Source: an uncultured Actinomycetes bacterium (GTDB lineage: Bacteria > Actinomycetota > CADDZG01 > JAHWKV01). From it: DNA of 64,000 nucleotides. The stretch spans positions 387 through 64,386 of the forward strand of contig CAZCSK010000008.1 in assembly GCA_964501265.1 (NCBI GenBank), written 5' to 3'. The translations under genes and the position numbers were made by a program. Positions 46,850-55,639 of this stretch are shown here, in pieces. Numbering within the stretch: position 1 is the stretch's first letter; each line of letters starts with the position of its first letter. The notes below the pieces were generated by a model that saw only the letters and a program-made list of their open reading frames with translations, ran no database searches and was not told where the DNA came from.

Positions 46850-48100
46850 GTGACAGCAAGGATGGGCACACCGCGCAGACATAAGTTGTTCTACAGCAGC
46901 CGCCTCGGCCGGGAAGAGGGCGCGACTGCCATCTTGATCGCGTTGTTGGCGCTCTTCGTGTTGCTGCCTTTGGCGGGCCTGAGTACTTCGTCATTCATAC
47001 GATCCGGCACCCAAGCCGAATTGAACCTCGCCGCAGACGCGGGAGCCCTCGCGGGCGCAGCCAATATCCCGATGGGAGACCTTGCGTTCGTCGTCACGTA
47101 TGTGAACAGCTTTGCTCAGGTTCGGGCGTGTCCCCCGCTCCCCTGTGACCAAGTGCCCCCCAACGACGCCATCGACCCGAACAACCCGAACGATGCAATC
47201 AATGAGCAGATTGAGATGATCCTCCCGGGCAAGCCAAATCCAATCACGATCGCTTGCGATCAGGCTGAGGCCGCTCTGGAAAGAAATGGCCGTCTCGGCG
47301 ACGCATTTGGAACGGAGGCTCCATTTTGTTCGGCGAATTATATCGTCGATCCCGATTTTCTGACGGCGTTCGGGGCCTGTGTCAATGTCATTGGAACCAA
47401 TCCGGTGGGCCCTGCATTGAAAGGCCTAGCAGACTCGCTCCCAGCTTTGCTGAAACCCGGGATTAGCGTGACATTCACCCGTCGCGTGGACCCCCCTCTG
47501 GAATCGTTGATCGGTGAGACCGATGTCCAACACCGGGTCACCTCCCATGCGCGACGCCGATTCAAAAATGCTGTCGTGGTGCCCGTGCTCCCTAGCATTC
47601 CCCCCACGTCCACAGTTATCGACTTAGACCCTTTCGTCACCCAAACCGTCACGGTCGACGTTCCCGGACAAGATCCTAACGTGATTCCCTTGAACGAGGT
47701 GGTCGGCCAAAGGCGTGAAGACGTGCTTGACCGAATTGACGCAATCGAGGACGCGATTGATGGCTACAACGACATGGTAGGTCCGCTCGGCACCCCGTTG
47801 CCTGATTTTCCTTCAGCCTGCCGCGGGGTTCTGCCCGCGCTTCGCGACGACTTCGTTGACGTGGCCAACCCACCCGAAGGGGAACCCTCCCCCCTGGAGA
47901 TAGTGGCACCATCACCCGCCACAGACCCCAACGCGTTGGTACTTCGACTCTTTGTGGGAACACCGTTCTTCGACTTTGTACCAGTCTGCGTGGCGGGATC
48001 GGGCGGTAATCTGGCTGGCCTTGCAGGGCCTACTGGCGCTGGCTGCACCGCTAACGCCCCTGGAGCATTCCGCGCGACTCTTGTGCGGCCCGATTCATGA
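46850..48100 (+). CDS. Tad pilus assembly protein, TadG-like (large pseudopilin)
   Basis: N-terminal TadE/G-like motif EEGATAILIALLALFVLLPLAGL followed by a ~370 aa domain. Confidence 0.6.
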   Translation: MTARMGTPRRHKLFYSSRLGREEGATAILIALLALFVLLPLAGLSTSSFIRSGTQAELNLAADAGALAGAANIPMGDLAFVVTYVNSFAQVRACPPLPCDQVPPNDAIDPNNPNDAINEQIEMILPGKPNPITIACDQAEAALERNGRLGDAFGTEAPFCSANYIVDPDFLTAFGACVNVIGTNPVGPALKGLADSLPALLKPGISVTFTRRVDPPLESLIGETDVQHRVTSHARRRFKNAVVVPVLPSIPPTSTVIDLDPFVTQTVTVDVPGQDPNVIPLNEVVGQRREDVLDRIDAIEDAIDGYNDMVGPLGTPLPDFPSACRGVLPALRDDFVDVANPPEGEPSPLEIVAPSPATDPNALVLRLFVGTPFFDFVPVCVAGSGGNLAGLAGPTGAGCTANAPGAFRATLVRPDS

Positions 48101-48546
48101 GGATTCGCCACTCCGAAAGAGGTACTGTTGCCCTGGAATTTGCCCTCCTCCTACCGGTGATCTTGCTCTTTATCGGGGCGCTGATGATCGCAGGGATGAG
48201 AGGTGTCTACTCGGCCCTCGCTCAGCACGAAGCACGCGTTGGGGCGCGTGAGGCCAGCATCAGGCTGGGCCAAGCATCCTCCGATCCTTATCCAACGCAA
48301 TTCCAGATCTGCGACTCTCCTAACCGTCTTCTGGCCTTTCCGGGTAGCGATTTCATCCAAGCCGAGTGCACGGTCTCGAACAGCTCCGCACCGACTGCCA
48401 GGGGGTTGGGTACGGGAGACATAGTCACGGTGACTCTTGTCTATCGACTCCCCGCAATCACCGCCCTGAGTGATTTTGTGGAAAACGCATTCAACGCCGG
48501 AGCCCTTGCCGTGGTGTCTCAGTCAGCATCGGTCATGCGGGAATGA
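48097..48546 (+). CDS. tadE: TadE-like pseudopilin
   Basis: ERGTVALEFALLLPVILLFIGALM, the TadE-family N-terminus. Confidence 0.65.
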   Translation: MRIRHSERGTVALEFALLLPVILLFIGALMIAGMRGVYSALAQHEARVGAREASIRLGQASSDPYPTQFQICDSPNRLLAFPGSDFIQAECTVSNSSAPTARGLGTGDIVTVTLVYRLPAITALSDFVENAFNAGALAVVSQSASVMRE

Positions 48547-49001
48547 CTCGGGCTCGACGGGAAGAAGATTCGGGCCTTGCGGCATTGGAGTTCCTCTTTG
48601 TTTATCTTCTGGTTTTCTCGCTCCTAGCCCTAAGCGTCCCCCTGGTTATCGCCATGCAAGAGCGCGTTCGCCTCGAACGGACGGCCGGGCACACAGCACG
48701 ATTTGCTACGGCGGCACCCGACCGTCCCCGTTTTGGTTCGGCTACAAGAAGGCCTTCAGTTGAAGATGTGGAGGCCGAGGCCTTTCGGGCGTATAGTCTG
48801 ATCGGCGCCTCGGATCCTGGGGCCAACTTTGATGTAGTTGTGGGCAATGATCCCAGAACGGCCCTTCCGGGCGATCAGATCACGATCACAATCATTAAGA
48901 CAGTCGACCTGGGGCTCATCGGAGCGCTGATGAATGTGATAGGCGTAACGCAGAGTTCAGATATTGAGATGACCGTCACCGCTGTGGGACGGCAGGAATA
49001 G
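48543..49001 (+). CDS. TadE/TadF-like pseudopilin
   Basis: DSGLAALEFLFVYLLVFSLLAL, a TadE-like N-terminus. Confidence 0.6.
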   Translation: MTRARREEDSGLAALEFLFVYLLVFSLLALSVPLVIAMQERVRLERTAGHTARFATAAPDRPRFGSATRRPSVEDVEAEAFRAYSLIGASDPGANFDVVVGNDPRTALPGDQITITIIKTVDLGLIGALMNVIGVTQSSDIEMTVTAVGRQE

Positions 49002-49008
49002 GGGAGAA

Positions 49009-49800
49009 ATGAGAAAACTCAGCGTCACCGTAGCGGTTGGTTTGATTGTTGCATTGGTCGGAGGTGGGTTGGTATTCGCATACGGCCGGAGTGTGGATCA
49101 AAGGATCGCGGACGGAAAGAAGACTGTGGATGTGCTTGTTGCGCTGAAAGCCCTGGCCGCCGGCACCCCCTCGATCGCGCTCGACAAAGACACCCAACTA
49201 AGAAAGATTCCGCAGGCCTATCTTCCTGAGGGCTTCATCAAGGATCTTAACGAGGTCGCCGGCCAGGTTCTTGTGGGGCCACTTCCTGCAGGCGCGAGTC
49301 TCAACCGTACGCATTTCGGATCCCCGGCAACAGTCGGCGCCGTGGAGCCGACGGAGGGGAACGTGGCCTTGGCTGTGCAGGTCGGCATCTCGCCTGGCGT
49401 CGCGCGTTATGTACGCGTTGGCAGTTTCGTCGATGTCTTCGTAACGTACTCGGGAACGGGAGGCGGGGTGGGGCTGGGTCAGCAGGGCAAGCCTTCTCAA
49501 TCGGAGAACCGCACCAAGCTGTTCGTGACCGGGGTCAAGGTGCTTGCGGTCTCGATAGCCGAACCTAGGGTTGAAGAGCAGACCGAAGGGGGCTCCGGCA
49601 ACCAAAACCGCCAGGCTCAAAGCCGGGAATCGGGATCAAGCCAAGTGATTGCCATCTTGGATGTTGACCCTATTACGGCTGAAAGAATAGTCAACGCCGT
49701 TTCGATCGGAGAACTGTATCTTGCGCTGTCCAAGCAGAACGCCGGCCACAAGACGCCAACCGGAGTGGTGCCGGACGATGTTGTTACCTCCAACAGGTGA
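49009..49800 (+). CDS. cpaB: Flp pilus assembly protein CpaB/RcpC
   Basis: N-terminal TM helix, SAF-like domain. Position ahead of cpaE/tadZ. Confidence 0.7.
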   Translation: MRKLSVTVAVGLIVALVGGGLVFAYGRSVDQRIADGKKTVDVLVALKALAAGTPSIALDKDTQLRKIPQAYLPEGFIKDLNEVAGQVLVGPLPAGASLNRTHFGSPATVGAVEPTEGNVALAVQVGISPGVARYVRVGSFVDVFVTYSGTGGGVGLGQQGKPSQSENRTKLFVTGVKVLAVSIAEPRVEEQTEGGSGNQNRQAQSRESGSSQVIAILDVDPITAERIVNAVSIGELYLALSKQNAGHKTPTGVVPDDVVTSNR

Positions 49801-51098
49801 TATCGCTTGGCGTCGTTGACCGCACGGGAGTCTTGCTTTCCGTAGCGGAGTCAGCTGCAAAGTCGGTTAGTCCAGAGATGCAAGTTCGATCTATGGGAGA
49901 GCCCACGGAATTGGGGCCTTCTTCGGGCCCCGCCGACATCCTTTTGCTGGGACCCGAAGAACTCACGCCCGCCGGAATACGGCGCTCCCAGTCGTGGCGC
50001 GCTCAGCATCCTGCCAGTCTTTTGATCGCAGTCGTCCCGAGAGGATCTCTAACCACAGCCGAGCTGGGGGGCCTCGGCGTCAATCACGTCATCCAAGGCA
50101 AATTCAGCGAGGCCAAGGCCGTCAAGACCCTCCTGCATGCGGTCGAACAACTCGATCGCCTCGCCCAGGAGGCAAGCGAGTGGCGATCTCTTGAGCAAGT
50201 CGAGGTGGAGGAGGTTGATGTTTCCGAATCCATCATCGAGGACGCTAAACAGCCCCGCGAGCCAGTCTTGGTTTCCATTGCCTCCCCTACCGGCGGCAGC
50301 GGCAAGACTTTCTACGCATGCAACCTGGCCGGGGCTTTGGCGGCGGTGGGCCTCAAGGTTTTAATCGTCGACCTCGATCTTCAATTTGGCGAGGTTGCCG
50401 TTGGTCTTCGTCTGCAACACCCGTATTCCATCTATGACGGACTCTACGACAGCAGGGGAACTCCGCTCCCGGTAGAGGCCCTGGCCGAGCATGTCGATGA
50501 ACTCGTGTGCCACCACGAATTGGGTTTCGATGTTCTCACCGCTCCCAAGAATCCAGAACTCGCCGATTACATCGGCGCTGCAGATGCGGCCCGCGTTTTA
50601 GACGTTGTTGTTCCGCGGTATGAGGTCATCATTGCTGATACACCCCCTTCGCTGAATGAGGTAGTTCTGACCGTCCTGGACCGGAGCGACCTTGTGGTTG
50701 TCCTTGCAACCCCAGATGTTCCTAGTCTTAAGAACCTGGGCGTGTTTCTCGACACACTTCACCGGCTCCAGGTCGTGGATAGCCACATCCAACTGATCCT
50801 AAACAAGGTGGAAAGTGACATTGGCCTGGACGTCAAGGAAATTCAGGGCGCTTTCTCAGATCGATTCGTGGGTTTCATTCCCCAATCCCGAATAGTGTCG
50901 CGGGCACTAAATACCGGAAAGCCGATAGTAGCTTTCGCGCCCCGCTCAGATGTTGGCGTCGAATTAATGAAGAGCTTCGCCGCCGTATTTCCGTCCGAGG
51001 CGCTTCGCATGAAGGCACCCAAGATCGCAGGGAAGAAAAAGTCTTGGAACCCATTCGCCAGATGGCGGCGTAAGATCGGAACGAAAGGAGTGCTATGA
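49797..51098 (+). CDS. cpaE: Pilus assembly protein CpaE/TadZ (receiver-like + ParA/MinD-type ATPase)
   Basis: Deviant Walker A SPTGGSGKT and MinD-like fold following an N-terminal receiver-like domain. Confidence 0.75.
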   Translation: MISLGVVDRTGVLLSVAESAAKSVSPEMQVRSMGEPTELGPSSGPADILLLGPEELTPAGIRRSQSWRAQHPASLLIAVVPRGSLTTAELGGLGVNHVIQGKFSEAKAVKTLLHAVEQLDRLAQEASEWRSLEQVEVEEVDVSESIIEDAKQPREPVLVSIASPTGGSGKTFYACNLAGALAAVGLKVLIVDLDLQFGEVAVGLRLQHPYSIYDGLYDSRGTPLPVEALAEHVDELVCHHELGFDVLTAPKNPELADYIGAADAARVLDVVVPRYEVIIADTPPSLNEVVLTVLDRSDLVVVLATPDVPSLKNLGVFLDTLHRLQVVDSHIQLILNKVESDIGLDVKEIQGAFSDRFVGFIPQSRIVSRALNTGKPIVAFAPRSDVGVELMKSFAAVFPSEALRMKAPKIAGKKKSWNPFARWRRKIGTKGVL

Positions 51099-52504
51099 AA
51101 CTTTCTGAGAGACTGACTCGCGAGAAGGAAAAGGAAGCCAAACCCAAGAAGAACTCCGGTCTCAAGCAAAAGGATGCTATTAAACTGACCCCGGCTGCCG
51201 GTCAGGCCTCTCCCATGACTGGACGGCGTTCGGCTGATTCGGGGGATATGGATGGCCTGAAGGCCCGGCTTAGAACCGCTGTGGTGGCCGAGTTGGGCCC
51301 ACGTCTTTCGCGGGGCGCCGTTGATGAGTCGACGCTCCGGCAGCGTGTCACGGTCCACCTCGACGATCTCATTCGTCAGTCGCGCGTCACCATTGGTCCG
51401 CAAGAGCGACATTCCTTCATGGAATCGCTGTTGGCGGACATGTTGGGCTGGGGTCCCCTCGAGACGCTCATGGCCGACCCCGACGTAACGGAAGTGATGT
51501 GTAATTCCTACGACGAGGTGTGGATCGAGCGCAACGGGAGAATCGAACCGACGGAAGTCAAGTTTCCCAACCCCGGCGCGTATCGTCAGGTGATCGATCG
51601 CATGCTTGCAAGCGTCGGACGCCGCATCGACGAGGCATCGCCTATGGCCGATGGTCGTCTTCCCGACGGCAGTCGCATCAACGCGATCATTCCTCCGCTC
51701 GCGACGCGGGCCCCCGTCCTAACGGTGCGAAGGTTTCGCGAGGTGCCGTACACGGTTGCAGACATGATCACCATGGAGTCGATCTCCGCTGATGCAGCGG
51801 TATTCATAGAGGCCGCCGTTCGCTCCAAAATCAACATGCTGATCAGCGGCGGATCGGGTTCGGGGAAAACGACGCTTCTAAACGTTGTTTCATCTTTTAT
51901 TCCCGACACCGAGCGCGTCGTTACAATCGAAGATGCCGCGGAGTTGCGACTTGGGCAGCCACACGTGGTTGCGCTCGAGGCTCGCCCACCCAATATCGAA
52001 GGCGCGGGCCAGGTGACAATTCGAGATCTTGTTCGCAACTCCCTGCGGATGAGGCCGGACCGAATCATCGTGGGAGAGGTTCGTGGGGCGGAGGCCCTGG
52101 ACATGCTCCAAGCGATGAACACGGGTCACGAGGGTTCGATAACCACCGTCCATGCCAACTCCCCTCGCGACGCCTTGGCCCGTGTCGAAACGATGACTCT
52201 CATGGCGGGGATTGAACTGCCGCTCCGGGCCGTGAGAGATCAGGTCGCCAGCGCTCTGGAACTTCTTTTGCACCTCGAGCGTCTGCCGACGGGCCAAAGA
52301 GTCCTTTCCAGCATTACCGAGATTCAAGGCCGTGAGGGCGAGACCATCACTTTGCAGGAGGTATTTACACGACGAGGCAAACTCCTGGAGGCAACGGGTC
52401 TGCGGCCGAAAGTCGCCGAGAAAATCGCTGAGCGCGGCGGTACGTTGCCGAGCACGATCTTTCGGGGCAGAGCCTCATCCGCGGTTGCAAGAAGGGCCAG
52501 ATAG
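51095..52504 (+). CDS. cpaF: Tad pilus secretion ATPase CpaF/TadA
   Basis: Walker A GGSGSGKTT, Asp/His boxes, and TadA-like N-terminus. Confidence 0.85.
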   Translation: MKLSERLTREKEKEAKPKKNSGLKQKDAIKLTPAAGQASPMTGRRSADSGDMDGLKARLRTAVVAELGPRLSRGAVDESTLRQRVTVHLDDLIRQSRVTIGPQERHSFMESLLADMLGWGPLETLMADPDVTEVMCNSYDEVWIERNGRIEPTEVKFPNPGAYRQVIDRMLASVGRRIDEASPMADGRLPDGSRINAIIPPLATRAPVLTVRRFREVPYTVADMITMESISADAAVFIEAAVRSKINMLISGGSGSGKTTLLNVVSSFIPDTERVVTIEDAAELRLGQPHVVALEARPPNIEGAGQVTIRDLVRNSLRMRPDRIIVGEVRGAEALDMLQAMNTGHEGSITTVHANSPRDALARVETMTLMAGIELPLRAVRDQVASALELLLHLERLPTGQRVLSSITEIQGREGETITLQEVFTRRGKLLEATGLRPKVAEKIAERGGTLPSTIFRGRASSAVARRAR

Positions 52505-52510
52505 AAAACG

Positions 52511-53467
52511 ATGAGCGCGCTCGCTGGGGTTCTGGTCACGGCCGGCCTATTCGGAATGTGGCTGGCGCAGGGCCTGAAGCAGCGCCGCCGCGTGTCCAAC
52601 CTGAAGGTTCTTCTCGAATCTGCCTATATGGAACAGGCCGGCACCGCCGAGCATCAGTCCGCAGACATCCAAAAGCTCCTTGCAAGGACCGGCCTTGCCG
52701 CCGAGTATCTTTTTGCGAGGGCGAGTTTTTTCCAAAAGTTGAAGTCCAAGATCGAGAGAAGCAATTGGACCGTCACTGCCGGTGAGTTTTTGGCGGTCTC
52801 GGCGCTGCTCGGGGCCGTAGGCGCTTTTATAGGATTCCTCGGGACGTCGTCGCCGTTGGCGGTACTGCTTGCGGTCGTTGGGGCTGCGTCTCCTTACATA
52901 TTCGTAAGCCGCGCGATCGCAAGCCGCAGGTCAAGATTCGAAGGTCAGTTGCCAGAGGTTCTGGACCTCATGGCCGCGAGTCTGGAATCGGGGGCGGGAG
53001 TACCTCAGGCCCTGGAACTGGTGGTGGCCGAAGCAGACAACCCGTCGGCTGAGGAGTTCGCAAGGGTGCTGTCGGCCACGCGCCTCGGCAATCCCATTGT
53101 CGAGGCACTGAAAGTCATGTCCGAAAGGCTTGAATCGCGCGATCTGAACTGGACCATTCAGGCGATCATCGTGCAGCAACGCACCGGCGGCAAACTTGCC
53201 GACGTCCTTCGCATCGTTGCCGGTTTCATGCGGGGAAGAGAGGAAGTCAAACGCGAACTGGCAGCGCTCACAGCAGAAGGGAAGCTTTCGGCGTTCATCC
53301 TGGGTGGTCTTCCTTTCGGTCTCGCGATATTCCTTTTGATCGTAAATCCGGATTATCTAACTCCGCTTTTTACAACGGCGATCGGAATTGCAATGCTTGT
53401 GATCACCGGAACTCTCATGCTCATCGGCTTCTTCATCATGTCAAGGATCATCAAGATTGATGTCTGA
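52511..53467 (+). CDS. tadB: Tad pilus platform protein TadB (T2SS-F family)
   Basis: GspF-like membrane domain. Confidence 0.75.
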   Translation: MSALAGVLVTAGLFGMWLAQGLKQRRRVSNLKVLLESAYMEQAGTAEHQSADIQKLLARTGLAAEYLFARASFFQKLKSKIERSNWTVTAGEFLAVSALLGAVGAFIGFLGTSSPLAVLLAVVGAASPYIFVSRAIASRRSRFEGQLPEVLDLMAASLESGAGVPQALELVVAEADNPSAEEFARVLSATRLGNPIVEALKVMSERLESRDLNWTIQAIIVQQRTGGKLADVLRIVAGFMRGREEVKRELAALTAEGKLSAFILGGLPFGLAIFLLIVNPDYLTPLFTTAIGIAMLVITGTLMLIGFFIMSRIIKIDV

Positions 53468-54365
53468 AATTGTAATTCTGTCGGGACTGCTTTTCGGCGC
53501 TGGGGCCGGTCTTGTGGGATTCGTCTTGGCGCGTACCCGACAGGTCGTCACGGCCGCTCCGACGCATATCGAACTGGCTCTCGGGGAACGGGCGATCCAG
53601 GAAGAGACTCCGCAAGTTGGCTTTGCGTACCGCATTGTGGAACCCCTCCTGAAGGTCGCTGCCCGGATAGTGAGACGGCTTTCTCCAGTCAAAAGAATCG
53701 ATTTGATTCGCCGGCGACTCACATACGCCGGCATGGAGGCGACAATGTCGGTCGAAGGGATACTCGCGTACAAGGCCGCAAGCGCGGTCGCTGGCTTCCT
53801 CTTCGGTTTCGTCTTTAATCCGGGCCGAATTCCGGCCCTGGCCTGGGGGATCATCCTCGCCTTTCTAGCCTCCTTTGTGCCCGACATCATCCTTGACTCA
53901 AGGGCGAAGGCCCGGCAGGGCGAGATTGCGCGGGACCTTCCCGAAGCCCTCGACCTGGTCGCTATCACGGTCGAAGCTGGACTTGGATTGGAACAAGCTC
54001 TGGAGATTGTCACAGAGAACATGAAAGGCCCGTTCGCGCAAGAACTGTCGCGCCTTCTGCGAGAGATCGAGCTTGGCGTCCCGCGCCGGGTCGCGCTAAA
54101 CGGGCTTCGGGACCGTACCGACGTGTCCGAGCTGTCCGCCTTCATCGTGGCCCTGATCCAGGCCGACATCATGGGGATGGCGATCGCTCAGGTACTAAAA
54201 ATCCAGGCTGAGCAAGTCCGCCTTAAGAGACGACAAAGGGCCCGCGAGCAGGCCGCGAAGACTCCCGTCAAGATCTTGTTTCCCCTGATCTTCGGTATCT
54301 TCCCAGCTATCTTCACCGTCACCATCGGCCCCGGAATAATCAACATCATCGACGCCCTGTTCTAA
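53457..54365 (+). CDS. tadC: Tad pilus platform protein TadC (T2SS-F family)
   Basis: Second GspF-like membrane protein directly after tadB. Confidence 0.75.
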   Translation: MMSEIVILSGLLFGAGAGLVGFVLARTRQVVTAAPTHIELALGERAIQEETPQVGFAYRIVEPLLKVAARIVRRLSPVKRIDLIRRRLTYAGMEATMSVEGILAYKAASAVAGFLFGFVFNPGRIPALAWGIILAFLASFVPDIILDSRAKARQGEIARDLPEALDLVAITVEAGLGLEQALEIVTENMKGPFAQELSRLLREIELGVPRRVALNGLRDRTDVSELSAFIVALIQADIMGMAIAQVLKIQAEQVRLKRRQRAREQAAKTPVKILFPLIFGIFPAIFTVTIGPGIINIIDALF

Positions 54366-54431
54366 TCGCTGAACATGCATGAGCGCCCGCCTATAATCGG
54401 GCAACCTCCCATCTAGGCCAAGGAGCCCGTA

Positions 54432-55637
54432 ATGAAACGCCGCTATCTGTTCACGTCTGAGTCCGTCACGGAGGGTCACCCCGACAAACTGGCTGACCGG
54501 ATTTCCGACGCGATCCTCGATGCGTTGATCACGCAAGACCCGAACTCACGTGTGGCTTGCGAAACGCTTGTTACAACTGGGCAGGCGATCGTCGCCGGCG
54601 AGATCTCTACAGAGACCTACATCGACATAAGAAGTGTAGTGCGCGAGGCGATCAAGGAAGTGGGATACACGGACGCCAAGAGCGGATTCGACGGCGACAC
54701 TTGCGGTGTACTCGTCGCCATTCAGGAGCAGTCTCCCGACATCGCCATGGGCGTGGAGCATGCACTCGAGGAGCGGGAGGGCGGATCCGACGAACTCGAT
54801 CGCCTCGGCGCGGGTGACCAGGGCATGATGTTCGGCTACGCCTCACGCGAGGGCGGGCTCGAGACCGAACTGATGCCCGCCCCCATCTGGCTCGCGCATC
54901 GCCTGGCCCAACGGCTTGCCGAGGAACGGCGCAACGGCGAGATGCCCTACCTTCGGCCCGACGGCAAGACCCAGGTGACTGTCGTCTACGAGGACGACGT
55001 GCCCGTCGGCATCGATACGATCGTGATATCCGCACAGCATCAGCCCGAAGTAGACATCGAATCGCTCTTATCCCCGGATTTGATGGAACACGTCGTGAAG
55101 CCCGTCGTTCCCGAGGAGCTTTGGTCCGACAAGATCCGCTTTCTGGTCAACCCCACCGGCCGCTTTGAGATCGGTGGGCCGACGGGCGACACGGGCCTAA
55201 CGGGCCGAAAGATCATCGTCGACTCTTACGGTGGTATGTGCAGTCAGGGAGGCGGCTGCTTCTCAGGCAAGGACCCAACGAAGGTGGATCGATCGGGTGC
55301 ATACATGGCGCGCTACGTCGCCAAGAACCTCGTTGCCTCGGGCCTTGTCGAACGATGCGAAGTGCGAATCGCGTACGCCATCGGCGTGGCTCATCCCGTT
55401 TCGGTGAATATCGATGATCGCGGCACCGCCAAGGTAGATCCCGAGAAGTTGGAGGCTCTGGTTGCCGAACAATTTGACTTCCGCCCCGCGGCGATAATCA
55501 GACAGCTCGACCTTCTTCGTCCAATCTACAAAGAGTTGAGCGCTTATGGCCACTTCGGCCGAATCGACAAAGAGCGCTTCACCTGGGAGCGCACCGACCG
55601 GGCCGAAGAACTGGCCAAACTGGCCCGGGACCTATAA
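54432..55637 (+). CDS. metK: S-adenosylmethionine synthetase
   Basis: [25 protein letters not shown], and full-length MetK similarity. Confidence 0.9.
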   Translation: MKRRYLFTSESVTEGHPDKLADRISDAILDALITQDPNSRVACETLVTTGQAIVAGEISTETYIDIRSVVREAIKEVGYTDAKSGFDGDTCGVLVAIQEQSPDIAMGVEHALEEREGGSDELDRLGAGDQGMMFGYASREGGLETELMPAPIWLAHRLAQRLAEERRNGEMPYLRPDGKTQVTVVYEDDVPVGIDTIVISAQHQPEVDIESLLSPDLMEHVVKPVVPEELWSDKIRFLVNPTGRFEIGGPTGDTGLTGRKIIVDSYGGMCSQGGGCFSGKDPTKVDRSGAYMARYVAKNLVASGLVERCEVRIAYAIGVAHPVSVNIDDRGTAKVDPEKLEALVAEQFDFRPAAIIRQLDLLRPIYKELSAYGHFGRIDKERFTWERTDRAEELAKLARDL

Positions 55638-55639
55638 CC

